A stretch of DNA of 59,391 nt, filler included, from Sanchytrium tribonematis (taxonomy: Eukaryota): the NCBI GenBank assembly GCA_018985235.1. It is 5 parts of 5 records of this genome, joined end to end, with 100 filler letters (N's around TTAATTAATTAA, not from the genome) between each part and the next. Parts side by side here need not be neighbours in the genome. Positions count along the whole stretch, not along the records: positions 1 to 11,841 come from JADGIG010000244.1; positions 11,942 to 23,763 come from JADGIG010000245.1; 3 more parts are not named here. One strand, written 5' to 3'. The number at the start of each line of letters is the position of its first letter. Positions within the stretch are counted from its first letter, which is position 1. Both the position numbers and the translations under genes were made by a program. The notes beneath the pieces are model-generated. The model worked only from the letters and a program-made list of their open reading frames with translations, was not told the DNA's origin and did no database searches. Positions 10,451 to 22,700 of the stretch are shown one piece after another.

Positions 10451-11841
10451 TCAGTTGTATGATCCAAACCGAGCTTGAAGTGCTTTCTCGTAATCGTCAC
10501 TGACCAAGCTTCTAAAGCTGCCTACAATGTTGAAGTCTTTTCCTTTTTCCGCTTGTTCTCTCAGGAATTCGAATTCCCCAGACTCGTTGCACATATTTCT
10601 AAATATACCATTGTCTTTCATCAGCAGATTGTATGGAGTATCAAATTCAACCAATTTACCTTGATCGAGAACCATGATTCGATTAAAATCAATTACTGTT
10701 CTTAAACGATGAGCAATACACAAAATAGTGGAATCATCAAATTCAGTTCTAATGGTTTGTTGAATTCTTGTATCAGTTTCAGGGTCTACGCTGGCTGTCG
10801 CTTCATCCATTATAATAACTTTTGATCGCTTAATCAGTGCTCTTCCAAGACTGAGCAATTGTCTTTGACCAACAGAGTAATTGTTTCCATTTTCACTAAC
10901 GCAAGAGTCCAGATTAACATCTCCAGTACCGATGCCGTCATTTGATTCACTTACAAAGTGGACTCTCTTCAAAGCATTCCACACTTGTAAGTCATCACAT
11001 TCATCAAATGGATCCAGATTGGATCTGATTGTACCTGCAAATAAAACAGGATCCTGTGGAATAATTGTCAAAGCACTTCTTAGATCTTCTAGACCGATTT
11101 TGTTGATATTTATGCCGTCAATTTCGATCTTACCCTCTCTGGCTTCCATGAACCTAAAAAAAGCCACTGCCAAAGTGCTTTTACCAGCACCAGTTCGTCC
11201 TACTATTCCAATTTTTTCTCTGGGAAACACAGTAAAAGTCAATTGTTTTAAAACAGGTGGTAAAGCAGGAGAGTATTGAATAGTTAAGTTTTTGCATCTT
11301 ATTTCACCAAGCCATGGCCAGTTTGTAGGAGGTCTGGCAGTATCTATAATAGCTGGAGCTTCTTGTTCAATTTGCATATATTCTTGAACTCGTTCCACAG
11401 AATTTAAATTCATTTCTACTAAAGCATTATACCTCACAAGCCACATCACAGAGTCTGTAAATGTCAAAGCATATGATAAACTCAGTCCCGCAAGACCTGC
11501 GTCAATTTTACCAGTGCTAAGCAATATTGCCAAACCTGAAGAGAGAACCACTATAGCACCTAGAAAATCTGTTCGAACTTGCAACCACCTATTAGAAACC
11601 CATAAATAAAAGAAAGCTCTATGATTTGTATCTATTTTGTTGTAATTTTGGGAAACAAATTGCGATTCTGCTTGAAATGCTCTAATGACATGGGCCCCTA
11701 CGAGAGTTTCACTGAATTGCGCATATATTGGAGATCTAGTAGTGCTGTCAAGACGTTTTAATTCTCTGGATGTTTTCAAATAATATGATGATATATAATA
11801 ATAAATAATAGAAACTGGGACAACCGCGATTAAAAATAATG
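10451..11841 (-). CDS. ABCC/MRP transporter (Ybt1-like), C-terminal TMD2+NBD2, 5'-partial at contig end
   Basis: SRELKRLDSTTRSPIY, Walker A GRTGAGKS, signature NYSVGQRQL, Walker B IIMDEATASVD, IAHRL. Confidence 0.92.
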
Positions 11842-11941
11842 NNNNNNNNNNNNNNNNNNNNNNNNNNNNNNNNNNNNNNNNNNNNTTAATTAATTAANNN
11901 NNNNNNNNNNNNNNNNNNNNNNNNNNNNNNNNNNNNNNNNN
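11842..11941. other. Artificial contig-joining spacer
   Basis: 44 N + TTAATTAATTAA (stops in all six frames) + 44 N; identical at four positions. Confidence 0.97.
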
Positions 11942-13644
11942 ACCAAACCAGTTGGAATAGGTTCTTTCAATTTGCCAATATTGGCAAGCATCATATAGTA
12001 ATGAAATAAAATCTCATTGGTGGTTAAATTATTTTTTTCGATATATTGAAATAATTCTATAGCTTTGTTAAAATTGTTAAAATTAATATAGTGTTTGAAA
12101 AGCAAGTCAAGGTGTTTTTTGTCATATTTAGTGAGACTGATTAAACAATCATGTGCATTTTGTATCTCATATTTGTCAATATAATGATTGTAAAGTTGCT
12201 TTGCAGTCGCTTCGCTCGGCGATGTATTGAAGAGACTTTTTAATTCTTCTATATCAGTTATAAATAAATGAGACAGCTTGCAATCAGGCAACGGTTTCTT
12301 AAATTGTACCGCTGTATAAAGTTTAAAATAAATGGAACTATAATTTGAATAGTTTTTTAATAAAAAGTCATATAGGACCTTGTGCCGATCTGAAGTTGGT
12401 TGGGACATCGGAATCAAGTCTTTCTGATACAGTTTTCTGCAGTAATTTTGATAAACTGGATGAAGCTTGAATTGGTTAAGCTCTAGATTAGATGCGCGAA
12501 TTTCTTGATTTTCCTTCTCGAATTCAGCGAAGGATTTGGTATGACCCAACATAGCTATATAAATACAAGCGTCGTAACTACAATTAATTTCAATTAGCTG
12601 GAACTTTCCTGATATAAAATCTGCTTCATTTCTAAGAGATTTTAATCCAGAATATAAAATTGAGTTTAGCTTATACAAAGTAGAGGACACTAATTTGAGT
12701 GAGTCTGGAACAATATAATTTATGTGGTGCAGTGGTGTAGGGTAGCATTTTTGTACAACTTTCATAGATAACATCAATATAAATAAAAGATTGGGGCTCC
12801 GCAGAGTAAGGATCAAATTTGAAAAATCGAGACTTGAAATAAGACTTTCAAGTGTAGGAAATATGTCGTCAATGTTATTGCAATGATATGCTCTCGTTAA
12901 TTTGGTCTGAGCCTCATCATCTTGCTTAGTTTCATTCTTGGCTAGTCTAACAATCATTGGATTTTTGATCTCAGTTATTTTCCCTTCTTGCAAATGAATA
13001 AAATCGTTCTCAAGTACAGCAAATAGTGCATTGCTTGTCATATCATGCTTAAATAGTAGATTTTGAATAATGGGAGCTGTAAATTTTAAATGGTCTTCCG
13101 TAGCAGATTTCTGGTAAGTCTTAAATTCTGTTATTGTATTACCTGTAATAAAGCTGTAAATGGCATTGAAAAATATCACATTTAGATTTTGGCTTGTTTT
13201 CTTCATTTCTTGCAAATCCTTAAACTTTTCTAATGCAAAAAAACAAGCACTTTGCACAAATTCTGTAATCATTTTTGAGTTATTAGACTTTTGAAGGTAT
13301 TCAAATGCTTTTGAATAATCACTACAGTCCACAAAAAAAGCCAGTGTTAGATGTGTATTTTGATATACCTCATCGTAAAACAATGTCTTGAAGGTATTTT
13401 TATATTCTGTTCCATAAGTAATAAATTGCTCATAATATTGAACTAAATTGTGCTTTTGACATTCAATTGCCCCAGCTATCAATTCTTTTAAATCCAAGCC
13501 TTCTTTAAATTTGGTCAATATTTGATCATTTGTGCCCTTATCCATATCTTGAGCGAATAATTTAGTAAATGCGCAATCTATAGATGGTACCATATCATAC
13601 AAGCCCAGGTAGGAAAAAAAGATATAATTTTGTAGCTCACTCAT
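11942..13644 (-). CDS. Hypothetical alpha-helical protein, possibly TPR-like at the distal end; 3'-partial
   Basis: Uninterrupted ORF of more than 565 codons from ATG 13644 into the gap. No family motif recognised. Confidence 0.6.
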
Positions 13645-13667
13645 AAAATGAAAAACAAGGAGAATTT

Positions 13668-15128
13668 TTATTCAGTTTTAACCATTTTGCTTTCAGAATC
13701 ATTGATTTCCTCCAATTCTCGCTTTTTTGGTTTACTGAGTGGCGCATTACCAGTTTGCATATACCTCGGGTTCTTATCTCCTATAGCTGCTTTAGGATGG
13801 TGCGCAAAGTTAACTTCCCAATCAACAGATTTGCTTAACAATTTGCCTGTCAACGTGTTTTCATCAATTTTGACCCCCAATTTTGCAAAATGCGCTCTGT
13901 AAATATCGTATAGTTTTGAAATTGGAATGTTTGTTTTTATACAATCACCACCAACATGGGAGGTGCTTGCTTCGTAGCCAGCATTCCAAATAGCGTTTCT
14001 AATTTTAATGCCTTTTGGCATTTCACCTCGGAACACTTTGCTCAAGCCTTTATTTCTCAAATAAAGTGGTGCATCGACTTCGTCCATGACAGCACTGAGA
14101 ACACCTTTTATACGCTTTGCTTCCTTGAGCAATTTTAGTTTATCATTAAATTCAAGTGAAGCTTGTAACTTTTTAACAAATTCTTTGTCATGAAGCGATC
14201 CCAAATAAATGGGCCCCGTCATTGTTAGTTCACTTGTACATTCAGGACACTGTATTTCAACGCTAAGTATTGAAGGTGAGAAACGATTCTTTTCATTTTT
14301 TGAGGCAATAGATTGATGAGTAAACCATTTGCATTTCAAACATTGGTACACTATACCTGTATTAACACAAGAATCCTTGGCTTGAAGTGCAGATGATTCA
14401 ATTTGAACAAAAATACGAACATAAAAGTCAATAGATAAACATAAAAGTGGTTTCACCGCTCGCTTGTATCTATTTGCACTATTAGTAATTTGATTCAAGA
14501 TAACTCTTACTGCCTGTTCATGAGAAAAGTCAGAATTATTAACAAAACCACCGTATTTCATAAAATTGCTTTCTAATTGTTTCCCACCTGCAAGAGTTTG
14601 CATATCTGTGCATGTAATACACAATAAACCGCCCTTATTCACATTTCTGACAGCGTTATCTATAAAGGGTGATGCTGTTCCGTATGGATCCAAATCAATA
14701 ATGTCAAAATTTCTTTGAATTGTACTTGCATCTTGCTCCAATATTTCAATCCCTGAATCGTTATATGATTTTGAAGAAATTACTTGCTCGATCAATTCGT
14801 CAGAAATATCATTAGCCTTCAAAATTTTCTCCAGTTCATCTTTTTTTGTACGGATTGGAATCTTATTTAATTTCAAATTTTCTTTTATCATGTGGATTGC
14901 GTTTTGATCACAGTCGTTTGCAACAACTGTAACATCTTCTAACTCTTTAAAATATCGTATGGCTCTGAGTCCGGTGGCTGATAATGCATCCAGAATTGTT
15001 TTTCCTTTATGCTCATTCATTACCAGAATACTTAGATCTCGATTTACAGTTTGTGCAGGATTATAAAATACCTTTGAAGTGACGTTGATTCTGGCATCGC
15101 CTTCTTGAATTATTGTTTGTTGTGTCAT
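13668..15128 (-). CDS. TRM1: tRNA (guanine26-N2)-dimethyltransferase Trm1
   Basis: VFYNPAQTVNRDLS, LDALSATGLRAIRY, DIIDLDPYGT, LSIDFYVRIFV, CxxC...CxxC zinc site. Confidence 0.95.
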   Translation of the reverse strand: MTQQTIIQEGDARINVTSKVFYNPAQTVNRDLSILVMNEHKGKTILDALSATGLRAIRYFKELEDVTVVANDCDQNAIHMIKENLKLNKIPIRTKKDELEKILKANDISDELIEQVISSKSYNDSGIEILEQDASTIQRNFDIIDLDPYGTASPFIDNAVRNVNKGGLLCITCTDMQTLAGGKQLESNFMKYGGFVNNSDFSHEQAVRVILNQITNSANRYKRAVKPLLCLSIDFYVRIFVQIESSALQAKDSCVNTGIVYQCLKCKWFTHQSIASKNEKNRFSPSILSVEIQCPECTSELTMTGPIYLGSLHDKEFVKKLQASLEFNDKLKLLKEAKRIKGVLSAVMDEVDAPLYLRNKGLSKVFRGEMPKGIKIRNAIWNAGYEASTSHVGGDCIKTNIPISKLYDIYRAHFAKLGVKIDENTLTGKLLSKSVDWEVNFAHHPKAAIGDKNPRYMQTGNAPLSKPKKRELEEINDSESKMVKTE

Positions 15129-15209
15129 TTTGGAGAACTCCTGTTTGAATCTTTAGGAGTGACGCATTTTTACAAGTATTATTATTTTTGAAACTTTTGC
15201 TGATATTCA

Positions 15210-15915
15210 ATGAACAAGCAACTCTACAAATTTCAGACCGAAATTAAAGTCGTTCAGCATAAATTAAAGGCTACTTTTTCTAAAAAGAAAGCAAATCAAC
15301 ATAACCAAAGATTCGAAATATCTCAACTGTTAAAAGATAATAGGATAAATCACGCCAAAATAAAAACTGAATATGTTATTCGGGATGACTACATCATCGA
15401 GGCAATGGAAATTATTGAATTATATCTGGAATTGATTCTTGTCAGATCTCAGTTAATATTTAAAAAAGATTTTGATGAAAACTGTTTAGAAGCTATAGCT
15501 GGGCTTATTTATAGCGCGCCTAGACTCAATGATGTGCCAGAACTACTCAAATTACAACATATATTATCCTCATTGACGCGAGACTTGTTTAAAAATAAAA
15601 AAGACCTAGAATGCCCGGAATTAATATCAAAAATCAATCCAAAATTGAAAAGACTTGTTGATATGACAAGGGCACGTAATCATATTTTATCTAGCACCAG
15701 AATTAGTTGTCAGATATTGCCAAGAGATTGCGGATGCGTACTCTATCAAAATCGTTATTACCAATTCCGATTTGCTGGATAATACCAAAGAGATTGAGGA
15801 ATTACTAAAGGATATACCAGATCAAGAAAGTAGCGATAGTGATGATCAGAAGCCTAATGTTTCTGCCAATGATATAGAACTTTTGCAAGACAGACTCAAT
15901 CAATTGAAAAAATAA
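15210..15915 (+). CDS. IST1: ESCRT-III-associated Ist1 (2 exons: 15210-15675, 15695-15915)
   Basis: AKIKTEYVIRDDYIIEAMEIIELYLELIL and IYSAPRL. Splicing gives RAP|PELVVRYCQEIADAY and a MIM-like end LQDRLNQLKK*. Confidence 0.88.
15676..15694 (+). other. 19-nt intron (phase 1) in IST1
   Basis: GTAATCATATTTTATCTAG; removal restores the frame. Confidence 0.88.
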
Positions 15916-15925
15916 AATACCTAAT

Positions 15926-16805
15926 TTATAAACCAACAGTAGTTAAAGGCTGATCGTGAACATAGACGGGGTAGCTTCCTAAGACTGTGACTTCAGAACA
16001 AAATTCTCTTAGATTATCCAAGGCTCTTTTAATCTTTTCTTCAGATTCGCTTCCTTCAATATCAACACAAAATACATGTTCCCATTGAGAAATTGCATTT
16101 TTAGCCTTACTAGAAGGAAAAGATTCTATTTGACAGATGTTGATTTCTCTTGTTGCGAAACATCCAATACTCTAAATTAGTAAAAATCACCTTGTATAAA
16201 CTTCCAGGTCGATTCTGCAATCTAATAATCAAAGTAGTTTTCGTAGGCTGGCCACTTAATTTTAATTTTTCCGTCTTGGAAACTAAGAAAAATCTTGTCA
16301 AAGAATTCGGATCATCAACCCTTTCAACAATAGTCTTCAAATTGTAATGGTCGGCAGTTTCCTTTGGAGCAATAGCAGCATAAGCCTCAGATTTTTTATC
16401 AGCAACTAATTTGCAAGCTTCAGCAGTATCGTCGACATGAATCACATGAATTTTCTTTTTTTCCAAGTATTGCTTGCACACACTAGCGAGGTGACCAACA
16501 ACAACAATATGTTCCAACTTACTAGAGTCTGTCGAATTACCAACCAATTGCAACGGCTTCGACCAGTAGTATTCACCTACGACATTCCATTTGTGATCAG
16601 CAATAAGTCTGAACATCTCACTTAATGTATGAGAGCTATTTTGGATGGCCAAGAATGCATACGGATGCGAACTTTGCAACAATTCTTCATAAGTCGAAAT
16701 CGCCGAGAAGGATGCTTCTAATTTTGCTTTGCCAGAAAATTCTTTTAAAGCAAGGCTGGAATAGTTGTTTTCAAAACCATGGTAAGCGATTGTTGATTTA
16801 GTCAT
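15926..16805 (-). CDS. PHA2: Prephenate dehydratase with C-terminal ACT domain (2 exons: 16805-16191, 16171-15926), divergent
   Basis: NSLTRFFLV; spliced ACT domain RPGSLYK|SIGCFATREINICQIESFP...WEHVFCVDIEG...VLGSYP. Confidence 0.82.
16172..16190 (-). other. 19-nt intron (phase 0) in prephenate dehydratase
   Basis: GTGATTTTTACTAATTTAG; removal restores the ACT domain. Confidence 0.9.
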
Positions 16806-16825
16806 ACAAAGGAGAAAACGGCCAA

Positions 16826-17479
16826 ATGACTGCTGGGTTCAAATATAAAATTGTTGATTCAAAAGATATGAGCGAGTATATTATAAAATTGCTCATGGCA
16901 ATGGAAACGGAACATGACAAATTGACTATCGGAATTGCAGGATCTTTTGTTGCTAGTCTACTAGTTGGGTTAAAACCCAAATATCCACAAAATTGGTATT
17001 TCATACTTGCAGATGGCCATTTTGTTCCATTTGAAAGCAGAGATTCTATCTTACTACATTTGTCGCAGATTCCAATTCCTCGTAAAAATATAATTTTATT
17101 TGACCAGAGCTTGGATTGCAAAAGTGCAGCAATTCAGTATGAAGAATTCATAAAGCCATACCTTCCATTAAAAATTTATTTGCTAGGAATTGGGGTTGAT
17201 GGACATGTGTGTAGCCTCTTTCCAGGTCATAGAATGCTTCAATCTGAGAGAATTGTAGATTTTATTGAAGATTCTCCAAAAAATCCTCCGAGAAGAATCT
17301 CACTGACGTTAAAAACAATGAACGATCATGGCTCTAAACGAGTTATAGTCGTGGGTGGTAGTCAAAGATTGGAAGTGGTAAAGAAAATCTATCATCATGA
17401 CAAATCGATACCTGCTGCTAATCTTGAAAATTGTATATGGCTCTTAGATGAAAACTACAATTGTCTTTCAGATATGTAA
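16826..17479 (+). CDS. 6-phosphogluconolactonase-like protein, divergent paralog
   Basis: LLGIGVDGHVCSLFPGH and DSPKNPPRRISLTL. The DER motif is changed to DGH. Confidence 0.85.
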   Translation: MTAGFKYKIVDSKDMSEYIIKLLMAMETEHDKLTIGIAGSFVASLLVGLKPKYPQNWYFILADGHFVPFESRDSILLHLSQIPIPRKNIILFDQSLDCKSAAIQYEEFIKPYLPLKIYLLGIGVDGHVCSLFPGHRMLQSERIVDFIEDSPKNPPRRISLTLKTMNDHGSKRVIVVGGSQRLEVVKKIYHHDKSIPAANLENCIWLLDENYNCLSDM

Positions 17480-17487
17480 TTAAGCTT

Positions 17488-18291
17488 TTACTTGACATTA
17501 GCAAAAAATTCTATTGCCATTTCGAAAGCTTCCTCCTTTGCCTTCTTTAACTCGCTTTTTCGAGTATCGGCCCTGACTGCAAATCCATGTTGAGTCCCGC
17601 ACTTAAATTGATACTTTTTAAGGTCTGAATTATTTTTGCAAGCTTCGTCAACCGATAAAATATCGGCTTTTTTAATCATGAAATCATTTTCAGCGAGTTG
17701 CAATAAAGTTGGAACTTTAATTTTTTGGAAGTCTCTTTCCCAATTAAATTTGCCAGGATGACTCGCAACGACCGCATCAATGCATCTATCCATTCCTGCT
17801 AATAAAGCTACACTTCCACCAAAGCAATAACCTTGGAGTCCAACGAATCTGTATTTTTGCTTTAGTTCTGTCGAAATCTCAGAAACGATTTTAACTTTAT
17901 CTTTGGGTTTGTGCTTCAACATGAATCTAAATAAATCTGGGATGCATTTTACAAAACACAACGTTCTGTAGAGCAATTGTTTCACCTTTTTTAAAGCAGA
18001 TGGTGTGTCCTCTAAATTAAATCCGAAAACGGGATCTAGGCGCTTCGGACTGATAACAAACCCCTGAAAAATATCAGGCACCACCACAAGATACCCTCGC
18101 TCTGCAAATTGATCAGCGATGAGTCTCGTATTTGGCAGAGTAAATCCGAAAGCATCTGGAGCCAATATTAAAGAACGTTCAGAATTGCTTTTTGGCTTTG
18201 AGACATAGCATTTGTAGCCTGCCACTGTTTCTTCGATTCCTTTTGGAGAACCAACTTCTAAAAATCCCGTACAGCAATCAAGAGAAGTCAT
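17488..18291 (-). CDS. Dienelactone hydrolase family alpha/beta hydrolase
   Basis: CCTGF N-terminus, PDAFG...IADQFAERGYLVVVPD, nucleophile motif GYCFGG, AEND, QHGFAVR. Confidence 0.9.
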   Translation of the reverse strand: MTSLDCCTGFLEVGSPKGIEETVAGYKCYVSKPKSNSERSLILAPDAFGFTLPNTRLIADQFAERGYLVVVPDIFQGFVISPKRLDPVFGFNLEDTPSALKKVKQLLYRTLCFVKCIPDLFRFMLKHKPKDKVKIVSEISTELKQKYRFVGLQGYCFGGSVALLAGMDRCIDAVVASHPGKFNWERDFQKIKVPTLLQLAENDFMIKKADILSVDEACKNNSDLKKYQFKCGTQHGFAVRADTRKSELKKAKEEAFEMAIEFFANVK

Positions 18292-18350
18292 TAAAATTTA
18301 CCCCTGTATTGATAATATAAATTATTGTAGCAATTTAGCCACGGCGTAAA

Positions 18351-19031
18351 ATGATTCTCATTTTGTTTGCCTCAATTTTTGCAGACCAATTCATTATTAA
18401 CAGATTTGATGAAACTAGCTTTGATAAAAAGCTCTTTAAAGTTGGAATACTTGGAGACTCAATAACAGAGTCTGGTAATTGGCAAAAAGGGTTTGTTCAA
18501 TTGTTGACATCTAATTATGTCAGACATGCCGAAATTCTTGGAAGAGGCTTCTCTGGATGGAATACTAGGGTAACTGTGAAATATTTAAAGTATATCCTTC
18601 ATTCACTACCTAAATTAGACTTGATCTTCTTGTTTCTAGGTGCAAATGATGCTTGTATTACTGGTGTACAGACAGTGCCATTAGAAGATTATGAAAAGTT
18701 TACCGCGATTCTTGCTGAGCATTTGCAGCTTATTTCAAAGAGAGTGGTGTTGATAACACCTCCTCCCATTGACAATTCTCGACAAGCACCTGGCAGAACC
18801 TACGAGAATACTAAAGAGTACCAAAAGAAGGTAGTCTCAATTGGACAAAAATTAAATTTGACAGTCATTGATTTGTATCAGGTGATAAAAAATGAAGACC
18901 TAGTTGATGGTTTACACTTCAATGATAAAGGAAATGAAAAAGTGTTCAATGAAATCAAGAATTACATTGATTCAAAATACAAGCTAGATGTTTTCTTACC
19001 TCAAGACCCTTATCACACAATGATGAAATAA
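18351..19031 (+). CDS. SGNH/GDSL esterase (Iah1-like), with short hydrophobic N-terminus
   Basis: GDSIT, RGFSGWNT, FLGANDA, LITPPP, DGLHF. Confidence 0.9.
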   Translation: MILILFASIFADQFIINRFDETSFDKKLFKVGILGDSITESGNWQKGFVQLLTSNYVRHAEILGRGFSGWNTRVTVKYLKYILHSLPKLDLIFLFLGANDACITGVQTVPLEDYEKFTAILAEHLQLISKRVVLITPPPIDNSRQAPGRTYENTKEYQKKVVSIGQKLNLTVIDLYQVIKNEDLVDGLHFNDKGNEKVFNEIKNYIDSKYKLDVFLPQDPYHTMMK

Positions 19032-19055
19032 ATTTTGAAATGGCGGAGAATCCAA

Positions 19056-19724
19056 ATGCAACATATCTTTTCCACCAAAGCGCAGCTTACAAAGGAATTG
19101 CTTTCATCGATATTACAAGCCGAAAAAACCCATTTTGAAAAATACTCAAACAAGCCATTCGTAGTTGCTGTAGCTGGTGGATCTCTGCCATCCATGTTGA
19201 AGGATTTAAAGCCGGAATGTCCAGAAAAATGGAAGGTCATCTTAGCGGACGAGCGAATTGTGCCAATTGAGCATGAGGATTCCAATGGCAAATTGTTGCT
19301 TGAAAACATGAGTTACATATCGAAAGATAATATTATACTAATCAACAATACTTTAGCGCCTCAGGAGTGTGCAAAAGATTATGAGCAAAAAATATCTGCG
19401 ATTTTGCCAATTTCATTAGCATTATTAGGAATGGGACCTGACGGTCATATCTGCAGCTTGTTTCCCGGCCATAAACTCTTAAATTCGACCTCTACAGTGG
19501 ATTACATAATTGATTCGCCGAAGCCACCTCCAAAGAGAGTCACCTTGACGTTTCCTATATTAAATGATGACTTAACTGACAGATATCTAATTGCGACTGG
19601 TGGTGGAAAATCGTCTGCGATTAAAAAATCGATTTTGAACAAAGACAAATCTTTACCAGTTTCTCATTTAAAAGACTTACAATGGTGGTTAGATGAAGAA
19701 GCAGCCAAAGAATTACCAAAATAA
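19056..19724 (+). CDS. 6-phosphogluconolactonase
   Basis: AGGSLP, LADERIVP, LGMGPDGHICSLFPGH, DSPKPPPKRVTLTFP. First in-frame ATG at 19056. Confidence 0.92.
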   Translation: MQHIFSTKAQLTKELLSSILQAEKTHFEKYSNKPFVVAVAGGSLPSMLKDLKPECPEKWKVILADERIVPIEHEDSNGKLLLENMSYISKDNIILINNTLAPQECAKDYEQKISAILPISLALLGMGPDGHICSLFPGHKLLNSTSTVDYIIDSPKPPPKRVTLTFPILNDDLTDRYLIATGGGKSSAIKKSILNKDKSLPVSHLKDLQWWLDEEAAKELPK

Positions 19725-19738
19725 ACTTACTTATTTAC

Positions 19739-22700
19739 TTAATCTCTGGTCAAAACATGCTTAATTCCTTCGATTTTTTGAGCTGGACGGGCGTTGATTC
19801 CCCCGAAATATCCCATCTTTAAAATAAATTTACGAATAGTGTCGTAAATTATTAAAACAACTCCTGTAACTAGTCCCACGATAAATACTTCCCCTGGAGG
19901 TCCGCTTGTAAATAAAATGCTGTTGATTGCAGGTGCGTAGGCGACCATGCATGCCCAGCCAAATGAAAAGCAAATTCCAGCGTAACTGATCTTGTTGATG
20001 AAAATTTGTTTTGAAAAGATGTAATTGTACTTCACTTTTGTAATAATCAAATCACAAGCTTGGGCACATATCATACACAAGAAGTAACCAGTTTGTGCTT
20101 TTTGCAAAAGTAGATTATAGGCACCTTCAGGGATTTTAATAATATTTTCAAGTCTATCGTCATAACTTCGAGATCCATATACTTCAGAAGGAGACAAGGA
20201 ATAGAATTTCCCATTGAAATCTGCTCCAATATAGAATGTTAAAAAGAAAGCAAAAAGTGCTCCAATGTGGATGAGTAATCCAAGTTGAACGTATGAGACA
20301 AAAAGCAACTGTCTATCTACCAAACTTTCATCACTAGGATTGTGCTTCTTTGTCCAGACTGCATCTACATAACGTTTCCAAAAACTCTTGACAGTTTTAG
20401 GTCTTGGTTGAGTTTCTAGTCTAAAAGAAGGAATTTTGCTCAAATTTCTAGCATCTTCATCGTCCAATGCTACAAGATCAGCAGGAACAACAGTTCTTCT
20501 TGGTGACTCAGCCATCAAATCATCTTCTTCCGCTTCGAACGCATAGGTTATGGCTGGAAAAGCATCAGTGAATAAATCGAGCATCAGAATTAAAAAGGGA
20601 GTAAAGGCTAATGGCAATGGCAGTATGATATGAAGTAAGAAAACCATATTCTCAGGAGTAACATGCGTAAGAGTGTATCTAATAGCTTTCTTGAGATTTG
20701 CAAAAATGAGTCGACCCTGAGCAATTCCCTCAACAATTGTAGCAAAGTTATCATCCATCAAAATCATCTTTGCAGCTTCTTTCGATACATCACTACCGCT
20801 TATATTCATCGAAATACCCAGATCGGCTCTTTTTAATGCAGGAGAATCATTAACACCATCTCCTGTTGCGGCTACAATGTGACCCTTGGCCTGACAACGA
20901 GCCACGATTTCAAGCTTCTGCTTAGGAGATGTACGAGCAAATACAATTTCCTTCTTGTTCAGAATTCTATCCCACTCTCTGTTGCTAAAAGATTCCAACT
21001 TTTCTCCATGAACAACAACTGCACGGTACTCGTCTTCTCCAATTGTATCTTCAGGTCTGTTCAACCTCTCAGCCACCTGTTCTCTTGTTTCACCAATTAA
21101 AAGACCCACTTGTCTAGCAATAGCTTCAGCAGTCAATGGGTGATCACCTGTAACCATGATTACAGTGATACCGGCAGATTGGCATGATCCAATGGCTTTT
21201 GAAACTCGATCTTTTGGAGGGTCTATTAAAGATATCAAACCTAAAAATACATACCCATTCTCAGGATAATTAACTGGATCAGACTCAAATTTGTATCCTT
21301 CATTGTATGAAGAGTCTAAGGGACAGTATGCAACAGCCAAAACTCTTTGGCCCTTAGAAGCCATGGTTTTATATGCCACATCAAAGTCGTTTTGAAAGCT
21401 GTCTGGAGTAGGTACTTTTGCTCCGTCTATCATTACATGTGAGCACATTCTAAGAATTCGTTCTGGAGCACCTTTAATAAAGATGGATAATTCTCCTTCA
21501 TCGTGTTTGTATTTCGTTATTGTCATTGCCCACTTATTTGATGAATTAAAAGGAACACCAAAGACTCTGGGACTCTCTTTTCTAAGTTCATTTACATCTT
21601 GAAAATGTTTTGTCATAAATCTTAAAATACCACTCTCAGTTGCATCACCGTTAATTTTCTTCTTGTCTGGATCCTGATTTGCATCAGCTAAATCATACTC
21701 AGCCAAAAGATTCAATGCAGAAGCTTTTAAAAATATCTCTTGGTCTTTTGATTTTGGGTCCAACTTTTGGGATTCTTTTGTCAACGCCTCACCTGGATGG
21801 TGGAAGTAATGTCCATTGAATTTCTGGCTAGGTTTCCAGAAGTTAACAACAGTCATTCTATTCTGGGTCATTGTTCCAGTTTTATCACTAGCTAACAAAG
21901 TAATAGCACCTAATGTATCCACCCCTCTTAAATCTTTCACTAAAACATTTCTCTTAGACAATTTTTTGGCTGCAAAAGTGAGCAACATGGAAACGGTTGC
22001 TGGTAATCCTTGTGGGACGTTGGCAACAAAAATTCCAATAAAAAATTGAAAATTCACCAAAGGATCTTCACCCACAGCAGCGCCCAATCCATAAAATATG
22101 AACGCCATCACAGTGGCTATTGAAGCAATCAATTTGACAAACTTTGAAATCTCAGAGTGTAATGGGGATGTAGCATGACCACTGCTGTTACTCATTTTAG
22201 CGATACTCCCAATAACTGTGCGGTCACCAATTCTGATAACAATTCCTTTCATATCTCCAGCTACGCATAAAGTACCAAAAAATGCTAGATTCTCGGCTTC
22301 TAAAGGATTGTCATGTTTGGAGTTGAGTTTTCTGGTAAGCGGTTCAACTTCTCCAGTTAAACTGGAGTTATCTACTTTGCAATGATCAGTCTCAAAAATA
22401 CGAACATCTGCTGGGATTTTGTCACCTTCTTTAATTTTTACAACATCTCCAACAACCAAGAATTTTGATTCAATTTTAGTCCAATTACCGTCTCTCAGAA
22501 CCATAGACTGTTGAGGAATCATATTTCCAAAAGAGCTCAAAACTGAGTTAGTTTTCAGTTCTTGAACTGATTCAATGAAGGCATTCATAGCCACAACAAA
22601 AAAGAGAACTATGCCCAGATACAAGTTAACAACATCTGGGTCATTTGTAGCAACAGTAATACCATAAAGTATAAAACACAAAATTCCCGCAGACAATGGC

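Noticed and set aside
11886..11897. TTAATTAATTAA as a biological repeat or piggyBac target
   Set aside because: It is centred in N-runs at all four gaps and is a six-frame stop linker.
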